Positions 1 through 9,535 of a stretch of DNA of 64,000 bases are shown here, piece after piece. The translations under genes were made by a program, and so were the position numbers. This DNA comes from Candidatus Poribacteria bacterium (lineage in GTDB: Bacteria; Poribacteria; WGA-4E; PCPOR2b). The stretch is from contig OZ220744.1 of assembly GCA_965116925.1 (NCBI GenBank), forward strand, positions 4,768,001 through 4,832,000. The letters are read 5' to 3'. Below the pieces are notes generated by a model. The model did no database searches, had not been told where the DNA came from, and was given only the letters and a program-made list of their open reading frames with translations. Each line of letters starts with the position of its first letter. Within the stretch, counting starts at the first letter, position 1.

Positions 1-628
1 GCGGTGTGGTTGAGCGCAGCTGTTCGAGCATCTCTGCCGAGATCTCATAGATCATATCCGTATTAATGGCACCGGGGGCAAGCGAATTAATCCGAATGTT
101 ATGTTGTGCTAACGGATCGCAGGCAGATTTTGTGAAGGAGATTACGGCCGCCTTTGCCGCTGCATAGGCGAACTGACTGGGACGCGGTGCCAACGCTGCG
201 ATTGATGAGACATTGACAATTCGCCCAAACTTCTGCTCCACCATCCCGCCCTTGACCGCCCAGATAACATTGAAGTGACCGGTCAGATTAATTGCAATAA
301 TCCGATCCCAGTGCTCGGGTGTAAGTTGATCAAAATCCATATTGCCGACATCGCCGGCGTTATTCACCAGTAGCTCGATGGGACCGAGTGATGCTGTAGC
401 TTCCGCTACCATTTCGTTGACCCCAGCACGGTCTGCAATGTCAACCTGAAGGGCGACTGCGCGTCGTCCCAGCGCACGGATCTCTTCGCAAACCGTTTCT
501 GCCGGTTTTGCTGACCTCACATAATGCACCGCGACATCAGCACCTTCGCCGGCTAGCTTTATCGCCGTTGCCCTGCCAATACCACGACTGGCACCCGTCA
601 CCAATGCAACTCTTCCCTCAAATCTCAT
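1..628 (-). CDS. SDR-family oxidoreductase (FabG-like), runs off the window's left edge
   Basis: Manual translation MRFEGRVALVTGASRGIGRATAIKLAGEGADVAVHY..., with LVNNAG and YAAAKAA motifs; AGGAG RBS upstream. Confidence 0.9.
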   Translation of the reverse strand, partial: MRFEGRVALVTGASRGIGRATAIKLAGEGADVAVHYVRSAKPAETVCEEIRALGRRAVALQVDIADRAGVNEMVAEATASLGPIELLVNNAGDVGNMDFDQLTPEHWDRIIAINLTGHFNVIWAVKGGMVEQKFGRIVNVSSIAALAPRPSQFAYAAAKAAVISFTKSACDPLAQHNIRINSLAPGAINTDMIYEISAEMLEQLRSTTP

Positions 629-664
629 ACAGCAATCTCCTTCTGTGAAATGTGAAAACGATAG

Positions 665-1831
665 TTACCCAATGCCTTCAATCGCAGCTTTGACCCATTG
701 GAGGTTACGTTTGGGCATGATCCCGTAGTTGTAGAAAGATACAGCACGGACGCCGAGCCCTACCACCGCTTTTACGTTTGCGGCAAGCGTCTCGGCGATT
801 GGACTCGCTGGAGGATAAGCACAGGTCCCAACCCAGACCCGATCCACCTCCCCGTTCATTAGGTCTGCGGCGTCCCTCACAGATGTTTCAACGGATTCTT
901 GCGACGGGGTGTAGCATAGAATCTCAAACCAATCCGCAATATCCCGAACCCCTTCTGTGTTGAGACCCGAATATCGCCGGTCTCCCATTGCCATTGATGA
1001 AATTGAAGCTTGGGAAACAGATTTAATTTCTGCAATGAGCGAACTCACAACGGATTCGCGCATTTCGAGATACGCACGGATTTCGGGAATTTTATCGCAA
1101 AATTCGTCAAACCCGATCTTGATCGGAGCCCCAGATTCAAAACTGGCTGCGAGTTCCGATTGAACACCGTTTGCAAGGGCGGTAACATCAATTCCCTCCG
1201 CAGTCGCACGCTTGCGACAACTTTCGCAGAAGCACAGCCCAAGCAGGAGTCGATCTGTTTCTCCGAGCGGGATGCCAATTTTCTCATGTCCGTGGTAATG
1301 ACGGCCGCCTTGATAATCGCACGATTCCAGCTCGACGGTGGCAAAATTATAATTCGTCGTCAAGTCCGTTACAACCGCCCGCATATACTCGCGTACATCC
1401 TCATTTGCCGGACAGAGCGCGTGCCAACACGGGTTCCCAAATACATCGTGCTGCGCCACCTCTGGCTGATTTCGTCCAATTGTTGAGTTGTGGAGGCACA
1501 CCGTCCATGATGAGAGTTTCATGCCGTGCCGCTCACAACCGTCGGAGATCCCTCGCAGAGGGTTCATTTCTTCCGCAAGTGGTGACACAGGCGGCTCGAT
1601 TTGGGTGTTCCGATACAGTGATCGATCGGGCTGAAAATAGATCGCTGCCTGCGAGCTATAAAAATTGTTCTCCAAACGATGAACGCGCAAGTGATCGACG
1701 CTATGATAACATGTCGCAACACTGAGTGTGTTCAAGCCAATCTCGTTCTTGAGGGTCGGAATTATCGAATCAACCTCTTCATCGACTATATCCCAAATGT
1801 ATGCCCAGAGACTCAAAATGTCCATATTCAT
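665..1831 (-). CDS. Hypothetical protein, possible glycoside-hydrolase-like TIM barrel
   Basis: 388 aa ORF with GGAGG RBS; LCPANEDVREY and CFCESC motifs resemble GHL10-like proteins. Confidence 0.55.
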   Translation of the reverse strand: MNMDILSLWAYIWDIVDEEVDSIIPTLKNEIGLNTLSVATCYHSVDHLRVHRLENNFYSSQAAIYFQPDRSLYRNTQIEPPVSPLAEEMNPLRGISDGCERHGMKLSSWTVCLHNSTIGRNQPEVAQHDVFGNPCWHALCPANEDVREYMRAVVTDLTTNYNFATVELESCDYQGGRHYHGHEKIGIPLGETDRLLLGLCFCESCRKRATAEGIDVTALANGVQSELAASFESGAPIKIGFDEFCDKIPEIRAYLEMRESVVSSLIAEIKSVSQASISSMAMGDRRYSGLNTEGVRDIADWFEILCYTPSQESVETSVRDAADLMNGEVDRVWVGTCAYPPASPIAETLAANVKAVVGLGVRAVSFYNYGIMPKRNLQWVKAAIEGIG

Positions 1832-1864
1832 TTTGTCCGTTTATCCTCCATAAAAGCATCGTGC

Positions 1865-4291
1865 TTATTGTAGCGGGAACATCTCCAATTGCCCTTTCGC
1901 GGTCGGTACAAAGACCACACATGGTATAATCATCTCTTGTATAGAAACCCCGCCGTGCACATAACGTTTTGCAGAAAGAACTTGCGTACGCCCCGTCGCA
2001 AACCCATAATGTGATATATCTCCGGTAGGTTGCAAGCCGATTTGGTCCGCACTGAAAAAGACAAAGGGCCCTAAATCTGTGTGCGTGGGAGGGTTTGATA
2101 AACCAACGTAGCGTTGATGACGTGACACACCGGAGGACATTTGAAGAGCTTCCTCCGAAAAGCCATGAGAATCTGTCGACTCAATAAAACCACGATCCGA
2201 AATCAGAAAGATGAGTGAATCACTCGGAATCCGCTCAAGATACGGTTGGACCAAGCGTTCAAAGTTGACCTTCATCTCCTCATAAACCGTGGACAGGTTT
2301 TGTGTCGCCCCCTGAAGTTTCTGGTCAATAAACGAAAAATTGAGAACCTTAACAGGAACATCATCTGCCTCAATGAGAGCGAGCATCTCCGCCTGATTGT
2401 TTCCACCGTCATTTATCCATCGGACACCGTGGATTCCGCGTTTTTGAAAAGCGGGTATCAGCGCCTCCTTCCAATCGTTATCCACCTCCCCATTCGGAAA
2501 TTCGCCTGTAAAAATGGCGTATTTATTATATGCTGTCGTCGAAGGTAGAATCGAAACCAACGGAAAAACACCGTCGAGGGCAAGCCGTCCTTGAAACGTA
2601 CTCAACACCTTCGGTTTGATTGCCTCCCACGTATCCCACCGCATCCCATCAAACATGAAAATGTAAGCCGATTGTGATTTTTCTTGAAGGTATTGTTGAT
2701 AGCGAGGTAAAAAAAGCATCTCCAAGAAATCGACTGTCAGTAGTGGCTTATCTCCATTCGAGGATATCCACGTAGGGAAGGATCCCCCAATCCGTTGGGC
2801 AAATTCTATGTTGTATTCATCTACCAATCCCTTGACACGCCCCAAGACCTTACCAATCACGGGGACGGGCAAGAAATCGCATTGGAAGTTAAGCTGCTCC
2901 AATTCAGCTGCCATTAACTCTAACTTTGCGAGATCCGCTAGATATCCCCAACCCGTTACACCCCCGATTTTGTCGGGACAACCCCCCTGCGAAGGGGGGA
3001 AAGATAAGGGAGGGCCTCCCTTCGCCTCTCCCCTTGTCAGGGGGGTCAAAGGGTCCTGATTTTGCTCTTGACTGCGATTCTCCTCAGCCGACCAACGCTT
3101 GCGTTCTACTCTTGCAATTAACTGATTCAACGCAACCAGATCGGCAAATGCCCGGAACAGATCTTTAATCCGTAGGTAGTTTGCGGTATCCGCCTGAAAC
3201 AGATGTCGTCGCTGAATGTTTTCAATAATTTTGCGAATCTCAGCTGCATCCAACGATTCAGGAGAATGGCAGAGCTGCGCCGCAAGCAAACGCAAGGCTT
3301 CACGCACCGGAACGCAAAAGAGGATCTCTTTTTTTACATATTCTATCGTCTTGCTCAGATTAGAAGCATCAAGCCCCACCCACTGCTGGAAGAGTTCCAA
3401 TCGTTGTTGATCTTGGGTCAGCCAGATCTCTGTCTGCCTAATCTGGTCCATGACCCGTTCTGGATCGCTCCGGATGAGTTGAGGGCACGCTCTCCATATC
3501 TCCTCCGGTGGGGTATTGCCATATTTCTTCCAGATCGTATCTCCGAAGAGTTCCGGAAGAAAAAGATCATAGTCCTCATTATGCTGTGCCAATGAATACG
3601 AAGTCCAGAGAAAATGCACAAAATCTGCATCCCCCTCCAACTTGTCCATCAGAGGCAGCGCGGCCCGAACCTTGAGATTGAGCGACTGAAACAGCCGAGG
3701 GTATTTCTCGCCCCACGCAATCAGATCTGTATCTCTCTCCATCCGTTGCCATATCTCTATCGCCTCCCGCACCGATAAATTGCCTCGCAAATCGATATCC
3801 AGCTGCGCCGAAAACAGGAGATTCGTCGCTTCAGCAGGCGTTATAGACGGGGGATAGTTTAAGCGGTATGTCTGAAGCCGTTCAAAAAGCGTCCAGAAAT
3901 CTTCGCCACATAATTGGTTGACCGAATGCGTCCAACTGTATTCCGGCTGGGCAAATTCCAGAATCGATTGCGGCGTCATCTCGACCGATTGACTCCGCAC
4001 AATGTAGTCAAGAATGTGGAGATTCGTCTCATGCGATTGGCGAGAAACAATACAGGCAGCAGGTGCCTCCGGGCTATCTTTGTAACGCTCCAAACTTTGC
4101 CGTATCCGTAGATCGCTCTCGAAAAAGATGACCTCGTATTCACGGTCAAAGAGTTTGAAAGAATGAAGATTTGGGAAGATACATGACGTATCATGGACAA
4201 AGAGCCAAGACTCCGTAATAGGAACGAAATCTGTCAAATAGTCTTCAATCCAAGAACCGTCAATCCAATCTTCTGATCTGTTAGTGGACAT
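1865..4291 (-). CDS. PglZ-domain (alkaline phosphatase superfamily) protein
   Basis: C-terminal FMFDGMRWD, SILPSTT, ISDRGF and YVHGGVSIQEMIIP motifs are typical of PglZ; 808 aa. Confidence 0.8.
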   Translation of the reverse strand: MSTNRSEDWIDGSWIEDYLTDFVPITESWLFVHDTSCIFPNLHSFKLFDREYEVIFFESDLRIRQSLERYKDSPEAPAACIVSRQSHETNLHILDYIVRSQSVEMTPQSILEFAQPEYSWTHSVNQLCGEDFWTLFERLQTYRLNYPPSITPAEATNLLFSAQLDIDLRGNLSVREAIEIWQRMERDTDLIAWGEKYPRLFQSLNLKVRAALPLMDKLEGDADFVHFLWTSYSLAQHNEDYDLFLPELFGDTIWKKYGNTPPEEIWRACPQLIRSDPERVMDQIRQTEIWLTQDQQRLELFQQWVGLDASNLSKTIEYVKKEILFCVPVREALRLLAAQLCHSPESLDAAEIRKIIENIQRRHLFQADTANYLRIKDLFRAFADLVALNQLIARVERKRWSAEENRSQEQNQDPLTPLTRGEAKGGPPLSFPPSQGGCPDKIGGVTGWGYLADLAKLELMAAELEQLNFQCDFLPVPVIGKVLGRVKGLVDEYNIEFAQRIGGSFPTWISSNGDKPLLTVDFLEMLFLPRYQQYLQEKSQSAYIFMFDGMRWDTWEAIKPKVLSTFQGRLALDGVFPLVSILPSTTAYNKYAIFTGEFPNGEVDNDWKEALIPAFQKRGIHGVRWINDGGNNQAEMLALIEADDVPVKVLNFSFIDQKLQGATQNLSTVYEEMKVNFERLVQPYLERIPSDSLIFLISDRGFIESTDSHGFSEEALQMSSGVSRHQRYVGLSNPPTHTDLGPFVFFSADQIGLQPTGDISHYGFATGRTQVLSAKRYVHGGVSIQEMIIPCVVFVPTAKGQLEMFPLQ
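2955..3058. repeat. Palindromic repeat cassette inserted in-frame in the PglZ gene
   Basis: CCCCCTGCGAAGGGGGG, CCCCTTGTCAGGGGGG and CCCGATTTTGTCGGG palindromes; related motifs lie in intergenic DNA at about 53040-53135. Confidence 0.75.
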
Positions 4292-4344
4292 GATTTCGAT
4301 ACGCCTCGGTGGGAGTTATACAACAGCTAAAATGCACTTGGCAT

Positions 4345-4373
4345 ATTTTACTTGGTTGTTGAAGGGCTGTCAA
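4345..4373 (-). promoter_or_regulatory. Sigma70-type promoter of the PglZ gene
   Basis: TTGACA-17 bp-TAAAAT on the minus strand. Confidence 0.7.
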
Positions 4374-4384
4374 GATGATTCAAA

Positions 4385-4505
4385 TAGGGTCGTTTAATTC
4401 TCCCATAGCTCGATCCCCCGGTTAAGGCTACGGCGGGGCAAGATGCCCCGCCTACGGATTCGGGTCAACTCGAACGGTCAAAAAGCGAAAAACTAAATGA
4501 CCCTA
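4385..4505. mobile_element. MITE family E, complete copy
   Basis: Terminal inverted repeats TAGGGTCGTTTAATT...AACTAAATGACCCTA, internal CCTAC hairpin; homolog at 11592. Confidence 0.65.
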
Positions 4506-4522
4506 GACTACAAAAATAGGAC

Positions 4523-4551
4523 TTGACCTTGTACGTTCTTTGTAGTAGAAT
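4523..4551 (+). promoter_or_regulatory. Sigma70-type promoter
   Basis: TTGACC-17 bp-TAGAAT; the inverted repeat ACTACAAA/TTTGTAGT (4507-4546) brackets the -35. Confidence 0.6.
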
Positions 4552-4686
4552 GCTACTAACACGGATTTGAGACAGGCGCGCCGATTCGGCCAATAGGTGA
4601 TGAGGCCCGCACTGCTTTGATTCGTGGGGTGTTAGAATTACAAACACTTTCACCAACCAAACCCTCCACAATCGAAAGGGAGAACG

Positions 4687-5112
4687 ATGGCGCCAGAACA
4701 ACAAGGAAGAAGAGATCTGGTCGAATATCCGCTAGAAGATAATGTCCGATTGGAAGTCTACTGGCGGGATGACCGCGCCGGGTATGGACCCGCAGCATCT
4801 GTCTTCGCCTATGACCAAGAAATCTTGCGGCTTGACTGCTTTGGCGAGGCAAAAAAACAGGGCGGAACAGGACACTGTCACATCAACCTGAAACAGAACA
4901 GGGCGCGGCAGTGGATGTATCCCGCCGGGCCCGTCAGCGCTCATATTGAGCAAGCGATGCACGATCTCAAGTACAACCTCGGTTTCTGTCTTGCGACAAA
5001 CACCGATGAACGGATTCAGCAGACAACAGTCGATTCCGAAACGCTGGAGCAAGTTGCCGAACAAGCGGAAGCAAAAATGGTTGCATTTATGCAGCAGCTT
5101 GATCTCGACTAA
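4687..5112 (+). CDS. Hypothetical protein
   Basis: 141 aa with GGGAG RBS, own promoter and terminator; LRLDCF...HCH motif. Confidence 0.75.
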   Translation: MAPEQQGRRDLVEYPLEDNVRLEVYWRDDRAGYGPAASVFAYDQEILRLDCFGEAKKQGGTGHCHINLKQNRARQWMYPAGPVSAHIEQAMHDLKYNLGFCLATNTDERIQQTTVDSETLEQVAEQAEAKMVAFMQQLDLD

Positions 5113-5130
5113 ACCGCCAAATCCACTATA

Positions 5131-5174
5131 GAAGGGGCTGACACCTCTGTGTGCGGTCCCTTCTTTTTATTTTT
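5131..5174 (+). terminator. Intrinsic terminator
   Basis: GAAGGGGCTG...CGGTCCCTTC hairpin followed by a T tract. Confidence 0.75.
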
Positions 5175-5314
5175 GATCGATACCACCCCAACGCGAGATA
5201 ACCATCTCGTGCTAATTTTCTGCTATCACATGAGAGATCCCCATTCAGAAATAGTATCATCTCAACTTTTGTGGCTTCCCTCCTTGAAACGGTTTCAAAC
5301 CCTCGGATAGACCG

Positions 5315-6178
5315 ATGAATTTCATTTCTAACGCTTCTACGATTACGCTGCGGCGGCTATTCATACCCCTATTTTGTATCACCACGTTTTGCTCCTCTCA
5401 CCTTTGGGCAGCCCCATACTGCCGGGATAGCGGCTTGGTAGATATACCGACGGGAAAGGTTATCGAACACGGGATATTTAACCTTGGAACCTATTTTGGC
5501 TTCCGTAACGAGGGCGAATTGCCACGCGACGAAGCTGCACTCCAACTCGATTTTGGACTTTTCGACCGCGTTGAGATCGGTTTGACAAGTGTTCGGCACA
5601 ACCAACAGAGTTTTTTATTGGGAAATCTCAAAGTGCTGCTGCTGCGCGAGGCGGGAGTTGTCCCCAACGTCGCAGTCGGACTGGAAAATATTGGCGACAG
5701 TATTGAGGACGGACTAAACGATATTGAACGCTACGAGCGCAAATCGGCGTTTCTCGCGATCAGCAAGCAGTTCACCTTACCAAGTATCCATCATATCACC
5801 GGACATATCGGTATTGGGAATCGTCGTTTTGTCGAAGATATCGGCATGAGCGCGGTATTGAACGGCGTGTTCTTCGGTATCAGTAAAGATTTTCACCCCG
5901 CCTTCGCAAGGGGCGGTCTGACTTTCAGCGTTGAGGTTGATGGCAGAGGTGTTAATACGGGACTTCGCCATACCGCAGATAACGGTTTGCAAGTTTATCT
6001 CGCTGCGGAGGCGTTGAACGCGCCGGCGACGGATGGAAAGGAGATCCGGTATTTGGCTGGTGTTTCTTGGACGAACCGCGCATTGATGAAGCGGGTCGAA
6101 GAAGCCAAACGCTTGGCAAAACAAGCCGGGCGGCTTGCAAGTCAGGCGAAGAAAACGGTCAAAGAAAACAACAAATAA
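5315..6178 (+). CDS. Exported YjbH-like outer-membrane protein
   Basis: Signal peptide, GLVDIPT motif, amphipathic beta strands. Confidence 0.6.
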   Translation: MNFISNASTITLRRLFIPLFCITTFCSSHLWAAPYCRDSGLVDIPTGKVIEHGIFNLGTYFGFRNEGELPRDEAALQLDFGLFDRVEIGLTSVRHNQQSFLLGNLKVLLLREAGVVPNVAVGLENIGDSIEDGLNDIERYERKSAFLAISKQFTLPSIHHITGHIGIGNRRFVEDIGMSAVLNGVFFGISKDFHPAFARGGLTFSVEVDGRGVNTGLRHTADNGLQVYLAAEALNAPATDGKEIRYLAGVSWTNRALMKRVEEAKRLAKQAGRLASQAKKTVKENNK

Positions 6179-6209
6179 TACCAATGAGTATGGAAAGGAA
6201 CGGTAAGCT

Positions 6210-6455
6210 ATGCTGACGAATTATATCCAAGCAGCTATGCGTAAAGCACACTATGAAATATTACCTGATGGGGAAGGTTATTTTGGCAGCATTCCCGATC
6301 TTCAGGGAGTTTGGGCAAATGCGGATACGCTGGAGGCTTGTAGAGAGGAATTACGAGAGGTTTTAGAAGAATGGATTTTAATCGGTTTGAAAATGGGACA
6401 CTCCATTCCACAGATTGATGGCATTGAATTGAATGTTAAAGAGGACGCTGCCTGA
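6210..6455 (+). CDS. hicB: HicB-family antitoxin
   Basis: GYFGSIPDLQGVWANADTLEACREELREVLEEW is a typical HicB RNase H-like fold. Confidence 0.85.
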   Translation: MLTNYIQAAMRKAHYEILPDGEGYFGSIPDLQGVWANADTLEACREELREVLEEWILIGLKMGHSIPQIDGIELNVKEDAA

Positions 6456-6673
6456 TGCCAACATTTGGCCCAATTAAACGCAGAGAGTTGATTAACTACT
6501 TGCGACAGGCTGGATTTAGTGGTCCTTATTCAGGGAGTAAACATCAATTTATGATCAAAGGACATCTAAGAGTTAGCATTCCTAATCCACATAAGGGTGA
6601 CATAGGGAGAAACCTGCTCAGACGGATTCTCAGGGAAGCAGAAATTGATAGAGAAGAATGGGAAAACCTTTAA
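6455..6673 (+). CDS. hicA: HicA-family toxin
   Basis: GF...GSKHQFM...SIPNPH...LLRRILREA; stop/start overlap with hicB. Confidence 0.85.
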   Translation: MPTFGPIKRRELINYLRQAGFSGPYSGSKHQFMIKGHLRVSIPNPHKGDIGRNLLRRILREAEIDREEWENL

Positions 6674-6824
6674 GCCTGCCTTGTGTCGAACTGTCCTGCG
6701 ATAGGGTAAGGTGGACACTGAGATGTTACGTTGGGCGAACCTACTTGCTGATTTCGCTTTCTATTGCGGCACCGGCTATAAAACGACGATGGGGATGGGC
6801 CAAACACGACGCCAAGAATCTCGA

Positions 6825-7184
6825 TCACAAAATTGACATTAAATCAACATCAAGTGCCTCAGCAAGCACCTTCAACGTTTTGACAGAGCCGGATTTTCGT
6901 CCTGTCTCAATTTCTGCCAAATATGCACGTTGAATGCCCACTTTATCCGCAAGTCGCTTCTGTGTCAGCCCTCGGTATTCGCGGTATACTTTGATAGGGT
7001 TCTCATCATTGAGAATCAGCCGATTAATCACTTCGGCGGGGAAGGTTTCTTCATCAACGGCTTTCGCGCCGCGAAAATCACGAATGTCTCTTAACATCTC
7101 CAGATCCGCGAGAAGCTGGTTATACTGCTCCATCGGGACAAGGACAAATTTCTGACTGTTTCTTTCAACTGTTTCAAAGTTCAT
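6825..7184 (-). CDS. XRE-family HTH regulator / antitoxin
   Basis: NPIKVYREYRGLTQKRLADKVGIQRAYLAEIETG HTH. Confidence 0.85.
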   Translation of the reverse strand: MNFETVERNSQKFVLVPMEQYNQLLADLEMLRDIRDFRGAKAVDEETFPAEVINRLILNDENPIKVYREYRGLTQKRLADKVGIQRAYLAEIETGRKSGSVKTLKVLAEALDVDLMSIL

Positions 7185-7240
7185 CTATAGACACCACCTC
7201 TCGGTCCAATTTTTACGATTTCAATGACGAGCGTGTCATC
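7181..7240 (-). pseudogene. C-terminal remnant of a RelE/ParE-family toxin
   Basis: Reads DDTLVIEIVKIGPRGGVYR* with ATGA overlap onto the XRE gene; in-frame TAA immediately upstream and no start codon. Confidence 0.7.
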
Positions 7241-7410
7241 TTATTACGCTGTGACAGATTTCTCCTGAAGATTCGATCGGTTTTGAATTCGTGTTATCCG
7301 CGTCATCTGCTTAATCCGCGATTCAGACAATTTTGTGTGTAAAATGTTACCTTTTTCGGTGTTCTGATCTACTTTTGTTTTTCGTCCTATGTAACAAGGC
7401 GCATAAACCC

Positions 7411-8154
7411 CTACCAACGCGGTATCCCACCGAGGAGAAGCTGCTGCTCCGGTGTACCATTTTCAATCAGCTTTGTGACACGGGGCCCATCGAACGGCTC
7501 GCGGGACTTCATCCACGAATTCTGGTAGCACATTAGGCACACCCGTCGCTGCTGGTCAGAGTTGTTGGCGACACCACGATGATAAATCCATCCGTCAAAC
7601 ATAACCGCCTGACCCGGTGTGGCAAGGACGAATTTTTCGTCGGGGAAATGTGGATGCCCTTCAGGCGGACGGAAAGGAACCCGTTGGCTGCCGGGGACAA
7701 TCGCAATCGGACCATTCTCCATCGTCAATTCATCGAGAAAATAGCCGCAGTTTATCTGACCGGGGATACTGCCGTAAGGTGTGTTTTCCGGTGCCATGGG
7801 CCATGGTCCATCACGGTGCCAGTTCTGATCTGGCTCACCCGGCTGCGTCACGCGAGCGGTCGCACTGTGGAGTTGGACGCAGTTGCCGAGAATGGCTTTC
7901 ATGCGTGTAAGCACCGGCGGGTTATCCAAAAGAAATGTAAAGCGGTCGTCCTCCTCCAACAGTTGGTGGGTGAACTGCTCCCCTTTCCTGTCAAAGGTTT
8001 CATCCAACGCCTCGCGCAGTGCCTCCACCTGTTTTTGGCTGATGGCTTCCTCTACAACGAGATACCCCCACTTGAGAAAAAAAGCGACCTCCTGCGCTAA
8101 TTCAGGACTAAGCTCAGGATTCAACTGTTGTGGGATAATTGAACGATCAACCAT
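7411..8154 (-). CDS. Phytanoyl-CoA dioxygenase (PhyH) family protein
   Basis: WHRD, VPGSQ, YHRGVAN motifs. Confidence 0.9.
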   Translation of the reverse strand: MVDRSIIPQQLNPELSPELAQEVAFFLKWGYLVVEEAISQKQVEALREALDETFDRKGEQFTHQLLEEDDRFTFLLDNPPVLTRMKAILGNCVQLHSATARVTQPGEPDQNWHRDGPWPMAPENTPYGSIPGQINCGYFLDELTMENGPIAIVPGSQRVPFRPPEGHPHFPDEKFVLATPGQAVMFDGWIYHRGVANNSDQQRRVCLMCYQNSWMKSREPFDGPRVTKLIENGTPEQQLLLGGIPRW

Positions 8155-8184
8155 AGTTTATCTTCCTTTAAGCGATGGGAGATT

Positions 8185-9510
8185 TCAATCCGCAGCCATC
8201 TCAATGGATTGCTCAACATCTGATAACATCCCGCGAACCGTTCCCAACATTATTTCCACATTCTCCGCCATATATCGCGTCAGGAGTTGATTGGCGGTCC
8301 TTTCGCATCCCCGCTCAATGAGGAATTTACCCTCTTTCGCTATTTCATAAGCGGTTGTGAACAGTTGGGTTTGGAGTTTTTGCCATTTTGCTTGGACAGT
8401 TGGAATTAGTTCAGGTTCCTCCAAGCGCAGTTTGAGACTCAATTGGCGAAAGAGCCACCACGGACTATCATCCGAAGGGGTCTCATCACCGATCGCTAAG
8501 ACCTCTGGCAATCTCCCTTCAATAAACATCGGCAGAAAAACAGCCAAACAGGGTGAATAGAAGCTACACCAATAGACAGGTAACCGCGAACCATCGTCGC
8601 AGAGGTGTGCAACTAGGCTCGCAGCGGTGTTTCCACCCTCCCCCTTATCATCGTGATGAACACAGATGGAGGTCCCGCCCGTAATTTCCCTTTGAAACGG
8701 TTCATCGGGGTTGCTCCCATCGGAGTGATCACTCAACAACGCCATCATGGTTTGTATCTCAACGTTCCCGGTATATTTACTAAGTACCGCACAGGAACGT
8801 CCTCGCCGCATGGCGCCACTTCCGACCGAGCGGTCTGCTTCACGGCTGTAGGCTTCCGAAAAATTAAACCGCGCTGAAGTATCCGCCCACCAACCCTGTG
8901 CAATTGCTTCGCCCACACCGTTGAGAGATAGGCGATCCCAGTCCTCCTCAAGGGAATAGACGTTGCTGATTCCTACCGCGCCTTGAATCTGCTTAACCGC
9001 CCACTCATGACCCGCAGTCTGGAGGATATACGCTTCTCTCGGATCAGCGATGATGTAGCCGTTGTCGTAGGTGCGAACCCCTTGATCATTGCTGAATTTC
9101 CCCTGACCATATTTCGTAATCAACTCTGTCATGACGGTAACAGCTTCGGCGGCAGTTTCCGCGCGTTCCAAACCGAGCCGTATCAACTCCATACCAATCA
9201 ACTTCGGTGAATCAAACTCATATTTGGAGGCTAACCCCTCGTTTCCGATTACGACCTGATGCTCGTTAAACCCATGTTCGTATCCCCAACACCAATACGG
9301 GCGCGAACCGATATGACGATAGGTTGTAGTCACTCCGGGAAGTTCCACAAATTGGCATTTCGTGCTCGCACCGGCAGGATGGGCCTCTCTTGCGCGTTGC
9401 ACAAGTGGTTGACATTCGGTCGCTGGGCGGTCGCTATTTTTGGCAAAGATCGTTTGATTCTCTTTAGTTGCACTCGGTAGAGCAACCATCGTGTCACAAC
9501 TTTTAGGCAT
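8185..9510 (-). CDS. Peptidase C69 / secernin-like Ntn hydrolase
   Basis: N-terminal CDTMVAL, FAKNSDR, GYEHGFNE; start may be 9525. Confidence 0.85.
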   Translation of the reverse strand: MPKSCDTMVALPSATKENQTIFAKNSDRPATECQPLVQRAREAHPAGASTKCQFVELPGVTTTYRHIGSRPYWCWGYEHGFNEHQVVIGNEGLASKYEFDSPKLIGMELIRLGLERAETAAEAVTVMTELITKYGQGKFSNDQGVRTYDNGYIIADPREAYILQTAGHEWAVKQIQGAVGISNVYSLEEDWDRLSLNGVGEAIAQGWWADTSARFNFSEAYSREADRSVGSGAMRRGRSCAVLSKYTGNVEIQTMMALLSDHSDGSNPDEPFQREITGGTSICVHHDDKGEGGNTAASLVAHLCDDGSRLPVYWCSFYSPCLAVFLPMFIEGRLPEVLAIGDETPSDDSPWWLFRQLSLKLRLEEPELIPTVQAKWQKLQTQLFTTAYEIAKEGKFLIERGCERTANQLLTRYMAENVEIMLGTVRGMLSDVEQSIEMAAD

Positions 9511-9535
9511 TACAACCCCCTTCATGTTATTCGGG

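Noticed and set aside
1865..4291. Complete BREX system
   Set aside because: Only the PglZ-like gene is present; no ATPase or methyltransferase partners in the window
4595..4680. Hammerhead ribozyme or fluoride riboswitch at GGTGATGAG
   Set aside because: Core consensus and required stems do not fit
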